Source: a virus
Lineage: Duplodnaviria; Heunggongvirae; Uroviricota; Caudoviricetes
Reading direction: 5' to 3' (one strand)
Virus record (IMG/VR): IMGVR_UViG_2721755643_000004
Length of the DNA stretch: 45,530 nucleotides
Position numbers and translations under genes: made by a program
The notes under the pieces: generated by a model
Databases searched by the model: none
What the model was told of the DNA's origin: nothing
What the model saw: only the letters and a program-made list of their open reading frames with translations
Shown here: positions 17,724-27,635 of the stretch, one piece after another
Layout: the number at the start of each line of letters is the position of its first letter
Position numbering within the stretch: position 1 is the stretch's first letter

Positions 17724-17852
17724 TTTTATGTTTGGTATTCAGAGTTCGCCGTGCTTAAGAAAGTCAAGATTCTAAAAATACTGAATGAGCTACTTGTGTT
17801 ATAACAAAAATGCTATTAGTGTGTTAAGAGTGGTTACTTCGCCACACAACTT

Positions 17853-17878
17853 AAACCCGCCACTGAGCGGGTTTTTTG
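17853..17878 (+). terminator. rho-independent terminator
   Basis: AACCCGC-CACTGA-GCGGGTT followed by TTTTTT. Confidence 0.7.
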
Positions 17879-17999
17879 TACCTGTAAACCTGGTGCAGTA
17901 CAGTAAACACGCTGGTGGTCGTGAATACTGACTTTTTATCTTGCTGGCTTTTTAGACAAGAGTTATTGGTATGTCATGTTAACCAGAAGGGAAAAAGAC

Positions 18000-18203
18000 A
18001 TGCTAAAACAGCAAGATATGACAGAAACCGCCGCCGCAGTCCTTCATTTCTTACCTGCTGACAAGTGGGTAACGCCACGCATGATGACGAGAACTACCGG
18101 AGTAAGCGAAGCCCGGTGCCAGTTAATACTGACTCAGTTAGTTCTGGCGGGTCTGGCGAAGGATAACGGCGGGTACGGGAATAAATTCAGACGCTGCCAG
18201 TAA
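18000..18203 (+). CDS. hypothetical winged-helix-like protein (67 aa)
   Basis: ATG with AAGGGA RBS; upstream of MTase gene. Confidence 0.4.
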   Translation: MLKQQDMTETAAAVLHFLPADKWVTPRMMTRTTGVSEARCQLILTQLVLAGLAKDNGGYGNKFRRCQ

Positions 18204-18353
18204 TGGCGGTTTCCTGCTGTGAAAATGGGCGGCTGGTGGGTGTTGGTAGCACCTGCCAGCCATTCGCTCATGCTTACTGGTCACAAGCGAACCACGGCCC
18301 ACTGCTTTAGCGCAAAAGCAGAGTGAGCCTACCAGAGTTACGCTTACTGATCC

Positions 18354-19412
18354 ATGAAAAATACTGTAAAAATAAACAGTGTTGATTTAATCAACGCTGA
18401 TTGCCTGCATTTTATTCAGTCCCTGCCTGATGATTCCATTGACCTGATTGTTACAGATCCGCCGTACTTCAAGGTGAAACCCAACGACTGGGACAATCAG
18501 TGGAAAGAGGACGAAGATTACCTTAAGTGGCTGGACCACTGTCTGGCCCAGTTCTGGCGGGTGTTGAAACCTTCCGGAAGTCTTTACCTGTTCTGTGGTC
18601 ATCGCCTGGCATCTGATATCGAAATCATGATGCGTGAACGCTTTAATGTGCTGAACCACATTATCTGGGCGAAGCCGTCCGGGCGCTGGAACGGGTGCAA
18701 CAAGGAAAGCCTGCGGGCGTATTTCCCCGCCACAGAGCGCATTCTGTTCGCGGAACATTATCAGGGGCCGTATCGTCCAAAAGATGATGGCTATGAGGCG
18801 AAGGGCAGGGCACTGAAACAGCATGTGATGGCTCCGCTGATTTCTTACTTTCGTGATGCGCGTGCGGCTCTGGGGATAACGGCAAAACAGATTGCTGATG
18901 TCTCAGGAAAGAAAAACATGGTGTCGCACTGGTTCAGTGCCAGCCAGTGGCAGTTACCGAACGAGGATGATTACAGAAAACTTCAGGTGCTGTTTGCCCG
19001 GGTGGCAGAAGAGAAACATCAGCGGGGTGAACTGGAAAAGCCACATCACCAACTGGTCAGCACATACAGTGAGCTGAACCGGCAGTATGCCAGCCTGCTG
19101 GAAGAGTACAAATCCCTGCGGCGTTATTTTTCCGTATCGGCAGCCGTTCCTTATACGGATGTCTGGACGCACAAGCCTGTGCAGTATTATCCGGGCAAAC
19201 ATCCCTGTGAAAAACCGGCAGATATGTTGCGGCAAATGATTACCGCCAGCAGTCGTCCGGGTGACCTGGTTGCAGATTTCTTCATGGGGTCCGGTTCGAC
19301 AGTCAAAGCAGCGATGGCGCTGGGGCGTCGTGCAATTGGTGTCGAGCTGGAGGCTGAACGTTTTGAGCAGACCGCAAGAGATGTACAGAATTCAATCAGA
19401 AAGAGAGAGTGA
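18354..19412 (+). CDS. DNA methyltransferase (N6-adenine/N4-cytosine class), orphan (352 aa)
   Basis: Motif IV DPPY near N-terminus and motif I FFMGSGST near C-terminus; no adjacent restriction endonuclease ORF. Confidence 0.85.
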   Translation: MKNTVKINSVDLINADCLHFIQSLPDDSIDLIVTDPPYFKVKPNDWDNQWKEDEDYLKWLDHCLAQFWRVLKPSGSLYLFCGHRLASDIEIMMRERFNVLNHIIWAKPSGRWNGCNKESLRAYFPATERILFAEHYQGPYRPKDDGYEAKGRALKQHVMAPLISYFRDARAALGITAKQIADVSGKKNMVSHWFSASQWQLPNEDDYRKLQVLFARVAEEKHQRGELEKPHHQLVSTYSELNRQYASLLEEYKSLRRYFSVSAAVPYTDVWTHKPVQYYPGKHPCEKPADMLRQMITASSRPGDLVADFFMGSGSTVKAAMALGRRAIGVELEAERFEQTARDVQNSIRKRE

Positions 19413-19452
19413 TATTGCTGAATTTATTCTGTAACGTTATCATTATGTTATC

Positions 19453-19528
19453 GGCCCTTTAGCTCAGTGGTGAGAGCGAGCGACTCATAATCGCCAGGTC
19501 GCTGGTTCAAGTCCAGCAAGGGCCACCA
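19453..19528 (+). tRNA. tRNA-Ile2 (anticodon CAU, lysidine type; could be scored as Met)
   Basis: Cloverleaf with anticodon loop CUCAUAA; close to E. coli ileX by recollection; CCA encoded. Confidence 0.8.
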
Positions 19529-19529
19529 A

Positions 19530-19606
19530 CCACCACTAGCTCATCCGGATAGAGCATCAACCTTCTAAGTTGACGGTGCGAGGTTCGAGTCCTCGGTGGT
19601 GGGCCA
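19530..19606 (+). tRNA. tRNA-Arg (anticodon UCU)
   Basis: Acceptor CCACCAC/GTGGTGG; anticodon stem TCAAC/GTTGA, loop CTTCTAA; T-arm GGTTCGAGTCC. Confidence 0.8.
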
Positions 19607-19608
19607 GC

Positions 19609-19684
<76 letters not shown>

Positions 19685-19687
19685 TAT

Positions 19688-19762
<75 letters not shown>

Positions 19763-20021
19763 GCGAGATTTGAGACGAAGGTTGTTATTTGCACTGACAC
19801 AATATTGTGTGGGAATGTCTGACTCCTTACCATCTCCTGTTCTGTGATGTTGTTTTGTTGCAGTTCCAGTGCTCTTTTTTCAGCACCAGAATGGTGCATT
19901 GTCGGTCAGGTTACGTAGTGAACCTCTGGCAGGGGACTGATGATTCATCATTCTGGTGTTGTAAATATCTCTTCGGACAACTTACAAAATATTCTAAGCA
20001 AACCCCGGGAACACACTCTTA

Positions 20022-20043
20022 ACTGCCTTGGCTGGCGGTTTTT
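20022..20043 (+). terminator. putative terminator downstream of tRNA array
   Basis: CUGCC-UUGGCU-GGCGG (one G-U pair) followed by UUUUUU. Confidence 0.45.
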
Positions 20044-20376
20044 TGTACAGCGCTCGGTATGTGTGAGCTGGAAATCAGATTTTGCATGGACTGGAATCAT
20101 GCTGTTATTTAGGGGCGAAGAACTGGCTTTTTCTTCCGCCTTCTCACCAGTAACGATTAGAAAAATAATGAAATGCCCCCCTCCGGGGAGGAGGACCGTA
20201 GAAAAAAGGACCCGCCAGCAAAAACATTGGGGATGAACAGCTTTCGCTACTCAGATTGCTGGCGGGTAAAGTTCCTCATGAATTAAGAATGCTACGCGAT
20301 CTTTTTTAATGGAAATGAAAATTATTGTCAATTAGTCGTGCGTGTTTTTTCATACAATATTGGTAAAGGTGATTCA

Positions 20377-20408
20377 GGCCATCAGAGTTTTGCTGATGGC
20401 CTTTTTTC
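20377..20408 (+). terminator. rho-independent terminator just upstream of holin gene (tR'-like)
   Basis: AGGCCATCAG-AGTTTTG-CTGATGGCCT followed by TTTTTT. Confidence 0.7.
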
Positions 20409-20442
20409 TTTCCGATAGCACAGGTCTGTCGGGGGGCGGGAT

Positions 20443-20658
20443 ATGTATCAGATGGAAAAAATATCAACAGGCATTGCCTACGGCACCTCCGCCGGCAGTG
20501 CCGGCTACTGGTTTTTGCAGTGGTTGGATCAGGTCAGTCCATCACAGTGGGCTGCGATTGGTGTGCTGGGAAGTCTGCTTCTGGGGCTTCTGACTTATCT
20601 GACGAATCTGTATTTCAAAATAAGAGAAGACAAGCGTAAGGCTGCGCGGGGAGAGTAA
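20443..20658 (+). CDS. S: class II holin, phage-21 S-type pinholin (71 aa)
   Basis: Dual-start motif [10 protein letters not shown]; two TM segments; recalled similarity to S21. Confidence 0.85.
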   Translation: MYQMEKISTGIAYGTSAGSAGYWFLQWLDQVSPSQWAAIGVLGSLLLGLLTYLTNLYFKIREDKRKAARGE

Positions 20659-20662
20659 TTCA

Positions 20663-21193
20663 ATGACACAAAACTATGAACTGATTGTGAAAGGGATCCG
20701 CAATTTTGAGAATAAAGTTGCGGTAACTTTAGCGTTACGGGACAAAAAACGCTTTGACGGTGAAATTTTTGACCTGGACATCTCGCTGGACCGTGTTGAA
20801 GGTGCCGCGCTGGAGTTTTATGAGGCAGCGGCCAGAATGAGAATCAGACAGGTATTCCTGGATGTTGCTGCCGGGTTATGTGAAGGGGATGAGCAGTCGC
20901 CGGAAAAGCGCCCCATAATTTTAGAGGCGCAGAATGTGTGGATAACCTACAAAGGAAAGCTACCGGGAAGAATTACTGGTTCTCTGAAGACGCCACCGAC
21001 GGCATTGCGGTCAGAAAAAGATGATATTGAATCGCCCATTGAAAAACTGGAGAAAAAATTGTCGGTGCTGATTCCTTCTGAAGATGAAAAAAAACGCCGC
21101 GATGAGCAGTTTGCGGCGTTTTACGATTATTGCATTGAAGTTACTCGCAGGAATTTTGTGAAGATTTTTGAGGAGGGTAAATCTCTTCAGTAA
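20663..21193 (+). CDS. hypothetical acidic cytoplasmic protein (176 aa) inserted between holin and endolysin
   Basis: RBS GGGGAGAG; begins 5 nt after holin stop. Confidence 0.6.
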   Translation: MTQNYELIVKGIRNFENKVAVTLALRDKKRFDGEIFDLDISLDRVEGAALEFYEAAARMRIRQVFLDVAAGLCEGDEQSPEKRPIILEAQNVWITYKGKLPGRITGSLKTPPTALRSEKDDIESPIEKLEKKLSVLIPSEDEKKRRDEQFAAFYDYCIEVTRRNFVKIFEEGKSLQ

Positions 21194-21407
21194 GCTTAAT
21201 GGCGGACGCTGCAATTAATTCAGGAAGGTCCGCAAGGTCATCTGTCAGTGGATATGATGAAAAATCGGCGGCAGTTCTGTTAAGAAGCGCTTTAACTAAT
21301 TCCTTTTCCTTCTCCGGCAACAAGTTGATTAGAGCTACGACTGCTTGCCTGAGTGCGATTAAATCAGCAAAAGTTTGTTTTGGTAGATTTGTGTAATCCG
21401 TAGTCAC
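21141..21407 (-). CDS. hypothetical protein (88 aa, GTG start), convergent with 20663..21193
   Basis: ORF protein-like but weak RBS; 3' ends overlap 53 nt. Confidence 0.3.
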   Translation of the reverse strand: MTTDYTNLPKQTFADLIALRQAVVALINLLPEKEKELVKALLNRTAADFSSYPLTDDLADLPELIAASAIKLTEEIYPPQKSSQNSCE

Positions 21408-21514
21408 CTCTGTGTTTATCAGATTGACATCCTCCTCCCGCCAGTGCCCATCACTGGCGAGGTAAGATTTAACATATCCGGGGATTTGAAGCCGATAAAT
21501 CCTGATAAATATCC

Positions 21515-22048
21515 ATGAACGTAAAAATCAGATATGGCCTGTCGGCTGCCGTTCTGGCACTGATTGCTATCGGTGCGCCTGCGCCTGATATTCTCGACCA
21601 GTTTCTGGATGAAAAAGAAGGTAACCACACTACGGCATACCGCGATGGTTCCGGCATCTGGACCATCTGTCGGGGTGCCACGATGGTGGATGGTAAACCC
21701 GTTTTTCCCGGTATGAAACTGTCGAAGGAAAAATGCGACCAGGTTAACGCCATTGAACGTGATAAGGCGCTGGCATGGGTGGAGCGCAATATTAAAGTAC
21801 CACTGACCGAACCACAAAAAGCGGGTATAGCGTCATTTTGCCCCTATAACATTGGCCCCGGTAAGTGTTTCCCGTCGACGTTTTATAAGCGGCTGAATGC
21901 CGGTGATCGTAAGGGCGCATGCGAGGCGATTCGCTGGTGGATAAAAGATGTTGGGCGCGATTGCCGCATACGTTCAAATAACTGCTATGGACAGGTTATT
22001 CGTCGTGACCAGGAAAGCGCATTAGCCTGTTGGGGGATAGATCAATGA
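21515..22048 (+). CDS. R: endolysin, T4-lysozyme-like muramidase with N-terminal signal-anchor-release-like segment (177 aa)
   Basis: Hydrophobic N-terminus; catalytic E-x8-D-x5-T pattern ([16 protein letters not shown]). Confidence 0.85.
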   Translation: MNVKIRYGLSAAVLALIAIGAPAPDILDQFLDEKEGNHTTAYRDGSGIWTICRGATMVDGKPVFPGMKLSKEKCDQVNAIERDKALAWVERNIKVPLTEPQKAGIASFCPYNIGPGKCFPSTFYKRLNAGDRKGACEAIRWWIKDVGRDCRIRSNNCYGQVIRRDQESALACWGIDQ

Positions 22049-22512
22049 GCAGAGTCACCGCGATTATCTCCGCTCTGGTTATCTGCATCATCGTCTGCCT
22101 GTCATGGGCTGTTAATCATTACCGTGATAACGCCATTACCTACAAAGAGCAGCGCGACAAAAACGCAAGAGAACTGAAGCTGGCGAACGCAACCATTACT
22201 GACATGCAGCAGCGCCAGCGTTCTGTTGATGCACTCGATGCTAAATACACGAAGGAGTTAGCTGATGCGAAAGCTGAAAATGATGCTCTTCGGCGCAAGC
22301 TTGATAATGGTGGTCGGGTGCTCGTCAAAGGAAAATGCCCTGTGCCAGCCTCAGCCAAAACCTCCAGCGCCTCCGGCATGGGCAATGATGCCACCGTCGA
22401 ACTCTCTTCAGTTGCTGGACGAAACGTTCTCGGTATCCGGGACGGAATTATCCGCGACCAAACAGCACTGAGAACGCTTCAGGAATACATCAATACGCAA
22501 TGCCTGAATTAA
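22045..22512 (+). CDS. Rz: i-spanin Rz (155 aa)
   Basis: N-terminal TM helix, coiled coil, overlaps endolysin 3' end. Confidence 0.8.
   Translation: MSRVTAIISALVICIIVCLSWAVNHYRDNAITYKEQRDKNARELKLANATITDMQQRQRSVDALDAKYTKELADAKAENDALRRKLDNGGRVLVKGKCPVPASAKTSSASGMGNDATVELSSVAGRNVLGIRDGIIRDQTALRTLQEYINTQCLN
22265..22471 (+). CDS. Rz1: o-spanin Rz1 lipoprotein embedded in +1 frame of Rz
   Basis: Lipobox VVGC followed by Pro-rich segment; entirely inside Rz. Confidence 0.7.
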   Translation: MRKLKMMLFGASLIMVVGCSSKENALCQPQPKPPAPPAWAMMPPSNSLQLLDETFSVSGTELSATKQH

Positions 22513-22553
22513 TCCCTCTGTATCAAAAACGAACTCAATTTGTTGGATAGTGA

Positions 22554-22865
22554 ATGAAAATTTATATTGCCGGGCCAATGACGGGATATGAGAACTTTAA
22601 TCGTGACGCCTTTAATAAAGAGGCAGATCGTTTGTCACGACATGGTCACTCTGTCTTGAATCCAGCCACTTTGCCTAATGGTCTGACACAACGTGAATAC
22701 ATGGATATTTGCTTTGCAATGCTTCGTTGTGCGGATGCTATTTTGATGCTTCCTGGCTGGAAAGCGTCTGCTGGAGCAACTGCTGAGTATCATTACGCAT
22801 ACAAGATGGAGATGCCGGTATTCACTACGCTGAATTACCCGCCAGCTTGTTCCTCTGCAGTATAA
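22554..22865 (+). CDS. hypothetical protein, DUF4406-like (103 aa)
   Basis: MKIYIAGPMTGYENFN N-terminus; moron position after lysis genes. Confidence 0.55.
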   Translation: MKIYIAGPMTGYENFNRDAFNKEADRLSRHGHSVLNPATLPNGLTQREYMDICFAMLRCADAILMLPGWKASAGATAEYHYAYKMEMPVFTTLNYPPACSSAV

Positions 22866-23224
22866 AAATCTCTTTGTTTCTCGTGTGCGATCGTGGTCGC
22901 TCGCTAAATTCCGCGCTGCATCGTCGCCGTATTTCCGCATTAACTATGACCGTAGCCCGACGGGGAACTCCTTCTGCGCGAGTGTGCGGGAATAATCAAA
23001 AACGATGCACACCGGGTTTTTACCGCGTTTATGGTTCGCGGGTTTGTCCCTCATGCTCGCCAGTCCTGTGCGGGGGTGGAAGAAACAGGACACTTACACT
23101 GATTCTTGTGGGTACGATGCTATTCCTTTCTGGATTATCCCGATGTCATTCATGCAGGGCGCTGTATCAGACGTTCGTCATGGCTGTCAGGCTGACGGGT
23201 CCTCCCGGTGGGGTGGCCTGCCAC

Positions 23225-23360
23225 GGGGCGGGAGCGGCGCAGAATTTCACTATTTATGAAAATTTTTCGGAAACCATGTCCGGTTTCTCTGAAGGTTAAC
23301 CATTTGAAAAATATAGAAATGTGCTTTCTGCGAACCGGACATGCGCAAAAATTGAACACT
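23225..23360. promoter_or_regulatory. cos region (cosN/cosB-like) with three CCGGACAT repeats
   Basis: CACTATTTATGAAAATTTTTCGG resembles the start of the lambda genome (from memory); lies upstream of Nu1. Confidence 0.5.
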
Positions 23361-23450
23361 CAAACCGGACATATATGCCGCGTTTCATAAAGTTGTTCGC
23401 AAGATGCATGTTTAAAACGCATGAGGGGAGATTTTTTGGCGAGGTGAACA

Positions 23451-23960
23451 GTGGCTACTCAGACTGAAGTTGCCAGGCATTTGAGTCTGACCGATCGCCA
23501 GCTTCGCAGATTACAGAAACTGCCGGGTGCCCCGGTTTCGAACAAGCGAGGACAACTGGATCTGGATGCCTGGCGTGATTTTTACATATCGTATCTGAGA
23601 AGAAGTAAAAACGATGTGCCTGATGGTGATCCGGAAGAGGATTATGAAGAGAAACTACTCATTGCGAGATGGGAACTGACCGCAGAACAGGCTGTCGCAC
23701 AGCAGTTAAAAAATCAGGTGTCAAAAGGAAATCTTATTGATAGCGGATTTTGTATTTTTGCCCTTAGTAAGCTGGCGATGGCTTTATCCAGTACGCTTGA
23801 CTCCATTCCTTTGTCCATGCAACGACAGTTCCCGGATTTAACGCCGCGTCATATTGATCATCTGAAAATCCTTATTGCTAAGGGAGCGAATCAGTGCGCG
23901 CGTGCGGGGGATAAATTACCGGATTTACTCGATGAATATATCAGAACAACAACTGAGTAA
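23451..23960 (+). CDS. nu1: terminase small subunit (169 aa)
   Basis: GTG start with GAGGTG; winged-HTH N-terminus; C-terminal region lambda Nu1-like. Confidence 0.85.
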   Translation: MATQTEVARHLSLTDRQLRRLQKLPGAPVSNKRGQLDLDAWRDFYISYLRRSKNDVPDGDPEEDYEEKLLIARWELTAEQAVAQQLKNQVSKGNLIDSGFCIFALSKLAMALSSTLDSIPLSMQRQFPDLTPRHIDHLKILIAKGANQCARAGDKLPDLLDEYIRTTTE

Positions 23961-25860
23961 TATGATGGTGGCAGTCACTATCGCACTGCAGCCACTGGTC
24001 AGGGTATTGCCGGTGACGGCTGTAGAATGGGCCGATCAAAATTATTACCTGCCTAAAGAATCGTCATACGGTGAGGGGGAATGGAAAACGCTGCCGTTTC
24101 AGGTCGCCATCATGAACTGCATGGGCAATGACGAGATTCGTACAGTTAACCTGATTAAATCTGCCCGTGTTGGTTATACAAAAATGGTGCTTGGTGTGAT
24201 CGGGTATTTTATTGAGCACAAATCCCGCAACACTCTTCTTTTTCAGCCGACGGACTCAGCTGCTGAAGATTTTATGAAGTCTCACGTGGAAGCAACAATT
24301 CGTGATGTTCCTTGCCTGAAAAAACTTTCTCCCTGGCTGGGCCGGAAACACCGGGATAATACGCTCACACTGAAGCGTTTTTCCTCTGGTGTGGGGTTCT
24401 GGTGTTTGGGTGGTGCTGCTGCCAAAAACTACCGTGAAAAATCTGTCGATGTGGTCTGCTATGACGAACTCTCCTCGTTTGAACCGGATGTGGAAAAAGA
24501 AGGTTCGCCAACACTGCTTGGCGATAAACGTATTGAAGGTTCGGTATGGCCAAAATCCATACGCGGTTCAACGCCAAAAATCAAAGGCTCCTGCCAGATT
24601 GAAAAAGCCGCGAATGAATCTGCACATTTCATGCGGTTTTATGTTCCTTGCCCTCATTGCGGGGAGGAGCAGTATCTGAAATTTGGCGATGATGCGACGC
24701 CGTTTGGCCTGAAATGGGAGAAAGGCAAACCGGAAACGGTGTATTACCTGTGTGAACATAATGGTTGCGTGATCCGTCAGTCTGAACTTGATCAGACCGG
24801 GGGGCGCTGGATTTGTGACAATACCGGGATGTGGACGCGTGACGGCCTGACATTTTACAGCGTCGGTGATGAGGAGATACCCCCGCCACGTTCTGTCACT
24901 TTCCACATCTGGACGGCGTACAGCCCGTTCACTACCTGGGCGCAGATTGTTTATGACTGGCTGGATGCACTGAAGGATCCTAACGGCGTCAAGACGTTTG
25001 TAAACACCACACTGGGGGAGACCTGGGAAGAGGCCGTGGGCGAAAAACTCGATCACCAGGTGCTGATGGATAAGGTTGTGCATTACCCGGCGGCGGTGCC
25101 TGTCCGGGTGGTTTACCTGACTGCTGGTATTGACTCGCAGCGAAACCGTTTTGAGATGTATGTCTGGGGATGGGCTCCGGGAGAGGAAGCCTTTCTGGTG
25201 GATAAAATCATCATTATGGGACGACCTGATGAGGAAGAGACGCTGTTACGTGTGGATGCGGCGATCAACAAAAAATACCGCCATGCAGACGGAACTGAAA
25301 TGACCATTTCCCGTATCTGCTGGGACATCGGGGGGATCGATGGCGAAATCGTTTATCAGAGATCGAAAAAACACGGTGTTTTTCGGGTGCTGCCGGTGAA
25401 AGGCGCATCTGTCTATGGCAAGCCAGTTATCACCATGCCGAAAACCCGTAATCAGCGGGGTGTGTATCTGTGTGAGGTGGGGACGGATACCGCAAAAGAA
25501 ATTCTCTATGCCCGAATGAAGGCCGATCCCACCCCTGTGAATGAGGCCACATCGTATGCCATCCGCTTTCCTGATAATCCGGAGATTTTTTCGCAGACAG
25601 AGGCACAACAACTGGTGGCGGAGGAACTGGTGGAAAAGTGGGAAAAAGGAAAGATGCGTCTGTTGTGGGATAACAAAAAGCGGCGTAACGAAGCGCTGGA
25701 CTGCCTGGTGTATGCCTATGCGGCATTACGTGTGTCCGTGCAACGCTGGCAACTTGATCTGGCTGTGCTGGCGGCATCCCGCAAGGATGCAACTGCACAA
25801 CCGACCCTTGAAGAACTGGCAGCGAAGCTGTCCGGAGGAGTGAATGGTTACAGTCGCTGA
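23932..25860 (+). CDS. A: terminase large subunit (642 aa)
   Basis: Start MNISEQQ overlapping nu1; ATPase and nuclease regions lambda gpA-like. Confidence 0.9.
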   Translation: MNISEQQLSNMMVAVTIALQPLVRVLPVTAVEWADQNYYLPKESSYGEGEWKTLPFQVAIMNCMGNDEIRTVNLIKSARVGYTKMVLGVIGYFIEHKSRNTLLFQPTDSAAEDFMKSHVEATIRDVPCLKKLSPWLGRKHRDNTLTLKRFSSGVGFWCLGGAAAKNYREKSVDVVCYDELSSFEPDVEKEGSPTLLGDKRIEGSVWPKSIRGSTPKIKGSCQIEKAANESAHFMRFYVPCPHCGEEQYLKFGDDATPFGLKWEKGKPETVYYLCEHNGCVIRQSELDQTGGRWICDNTGMWTRDGLTFYSVGDEEIPPPRSVTFHIWTAYSPFTTWAQIVYDWLDALKDPNGVKTFVNTTLGETWEEAVGEKLDHQVLMDKVVHYPAAVPVRVVYLTAGIDSQRNRFEMYVWGWAPGEEAFLVDKIIIMGRPDEEETLLRVDAAINKKYRHADGTEMTISRICWDIGGIDGEIVYQRSKKHGVFRVLPVKGASVYGKPVITMPKTRNQRGVYLCEVGTDTAKEILYARMKADPTPVNEATSYAIRFPDNPEIFSQTEAQQLVAEELVEKWEKGKMRLLWDNKKRRNEALDCLVYAYAALRVSVQRWQLDLAVLAASRKDATAQPTLEELAAKLSGGVNGYSR

Positions 25861-26047
25861 ACTGCAGGCGCTGCGTCAGGCGCGCCTTGATTTATTAACC
25901 GGTAAACGGGTTGTGTCGGTACAGAAAGACGGTCGCAGGATCGAATATACGGCAGCGTCCCTGAATGAGCTTAACCGTGCGATCAACGATGCGGAGTCGG
26001 TTCTGGGTACGACCCGACGCCGCCGACCGCTGGGAGTGAGGTTATGA
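25844..26047 (+). CDS. W: head-tail joining protein gpW (67 aa)
   Basis: Size, position and lambda W-like sequence. Confidence 0.8.
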   Translation: MVTVAELQALRQARLDLLTGKRVVSVQKDGRRIEYTAASLNELNRAINDAESVLGTTRRRRPLGVRL

Positions 26048-27635
26048 AACGAACGCCTGTCCTGATTGATGTGAACGGCGTTCCGCTTCGTGAGAGTCTC
26101 AGCTACAACGGAGGCGGCGCAGGATTTGGCGGGCAAATGGCAGAGTGGTTACCACCGGCGCAGAGTGCCGATGCGGCCCTGTTGCCTGCATTGCGTCTGG
26201 GGAATGCCCGGGCAGATGATCTGGTGCGCAATAACGGTATCGCGGCTAATGCGGTGGCCCTGCATAAGGATCATATCGTCGGGCACATGTTTCTTATCAG
26301 CTACCGTCTGAACTGGCGTTGGCTGGGGATGCGGGAGACCACGGCAAAAAGTTTTGTCGGGGAGGTGGAAGCAGCCTGGTCGGAATACGCAGAAGGAATG
26401 TTTGGCGAGATCGACGTGGAAGGGAAACGCACGTTTACGGAATTTATCCGTGAAGGGGTGGGCGTGCATGCCTTTAACGGCGAAATCTTTGTGCAGCCGG
26501 TCTGGGATACGGAAACCACGCAGTTATTCCGTACGCGTTTTAAAGCCGTGAGTCCGAAACGGGTGGACACGCCAGGACACGGTATGGGGAACCACTTTCT
26601 GCGGGCCGGGGTTGAGGTCGATCGGTATGGGCGGGCGATTGCGTACCATATCTGTGAGGATGATTTTCCGTTCTCTGGTGCCGGACGCTGGGAGCGGATC
26701 CCGCGTGAGCTTCCCACCGGGCGTCCGGCCATGCTGCATATTTTTGAGCCGGTGGAGGACGGGCAGACCCGTGGGGCTAATCAGTTTTACAGCGTAATGG
26801 AGCGGATGAAGATGCTGGACTCCCTGCAGGCCACGCAGCTTCAGTCGGCCATTGTGAAGGCGATGTATGCAGCCACAATCGAAAGTGAACTTGATACCGA
26901 AAAGGCATTTGAATATATCGCGGGGGCACCGCAAGGTCAGCAGGATAATCCGCTTATTAATATTCTGGAGAAGTTCACCCGCTGGTATGACACGAATAAC
27001 GTGACGCTGGGCGGTGTTAAAATTCCGCACCTTTTTCCTGGCGATGCGCTGAACCTGCAGACAGCGCAGGATTCAGACAATGGATTTTCGGCGCTTGAAC
27101 AGGCGCTGCTGCGGTATATTGCAGCCGGTCTTGGCGTTTCCTACGAACAGTTGTCCCGTGATTACTCGAAGGTCAGTTACTCAAGTGCCCGCGCCTCCGC
27201 CAATGAGTCGTGGCGCTATTTTATGGGGCGGCGAAAATTTATTGCGGCCCGGCTGGCCACGCAGATGTTTTCCTGCTGGCTGGAAGAGGCGCTTCTTCGG
27301 GGATTATTCGTCCGCCACGGGCGCGTTTTGATTTTTACCAGGCGCGTTCAGCCTGGTCACGGGCAGAGTGGATTGGCTCCGGAAGAATGGCCATTGACGG
27401 GCTCAAGGAGGTCCAGGAATCGGTGATGCGCATTGAGGCCGGACTGAGCACGTATGAGAAAGAACTGGCACTGATGGGCGAAGATTATCAGGACATTTTC
27501 CGCCAGCAGGTCAGGGAATCCGCAGAGCGCGAAAAAGCCGGACTCTCACGTCCGGTGTGGATAGCCCAGGCGTATCAGCAGCAGATAGCGGAGAGTCGCA
27601 GGCCGGAAGAGGAGACAACATCACGTGAGACGTAA
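26044..27635 (+). pseudogene. B: portal protein gpB, split by one apparent -1 frame break near 27300 (pseudogene or sequencing indel)
   Basis: ORFs 26044..27426 and 27210..27635 together give a lambda-B-like protein; break at CTTCTTCGGGGATT. Confidence 0.8.

Noticed and set aside
19763-20442. Shiga-toxin-like cargo after the tRNA array
   Set aside because: The Q-tRNA-S layout resembles Stx phages, but no A/B-subunit-like ORFs are present here
20342-20593. 83-aa ORF overlapping the holin start
   Set aside because: Alternate-frame ORF across terminator and holin 5' end; the holin frame with dual-start motif is clearly preferred
22847-23299. 150-aa ORF between DUF4406-like gene and nu1
   Set aside because: Spans the cos region, has odd composition and no RBS; judged non-coding
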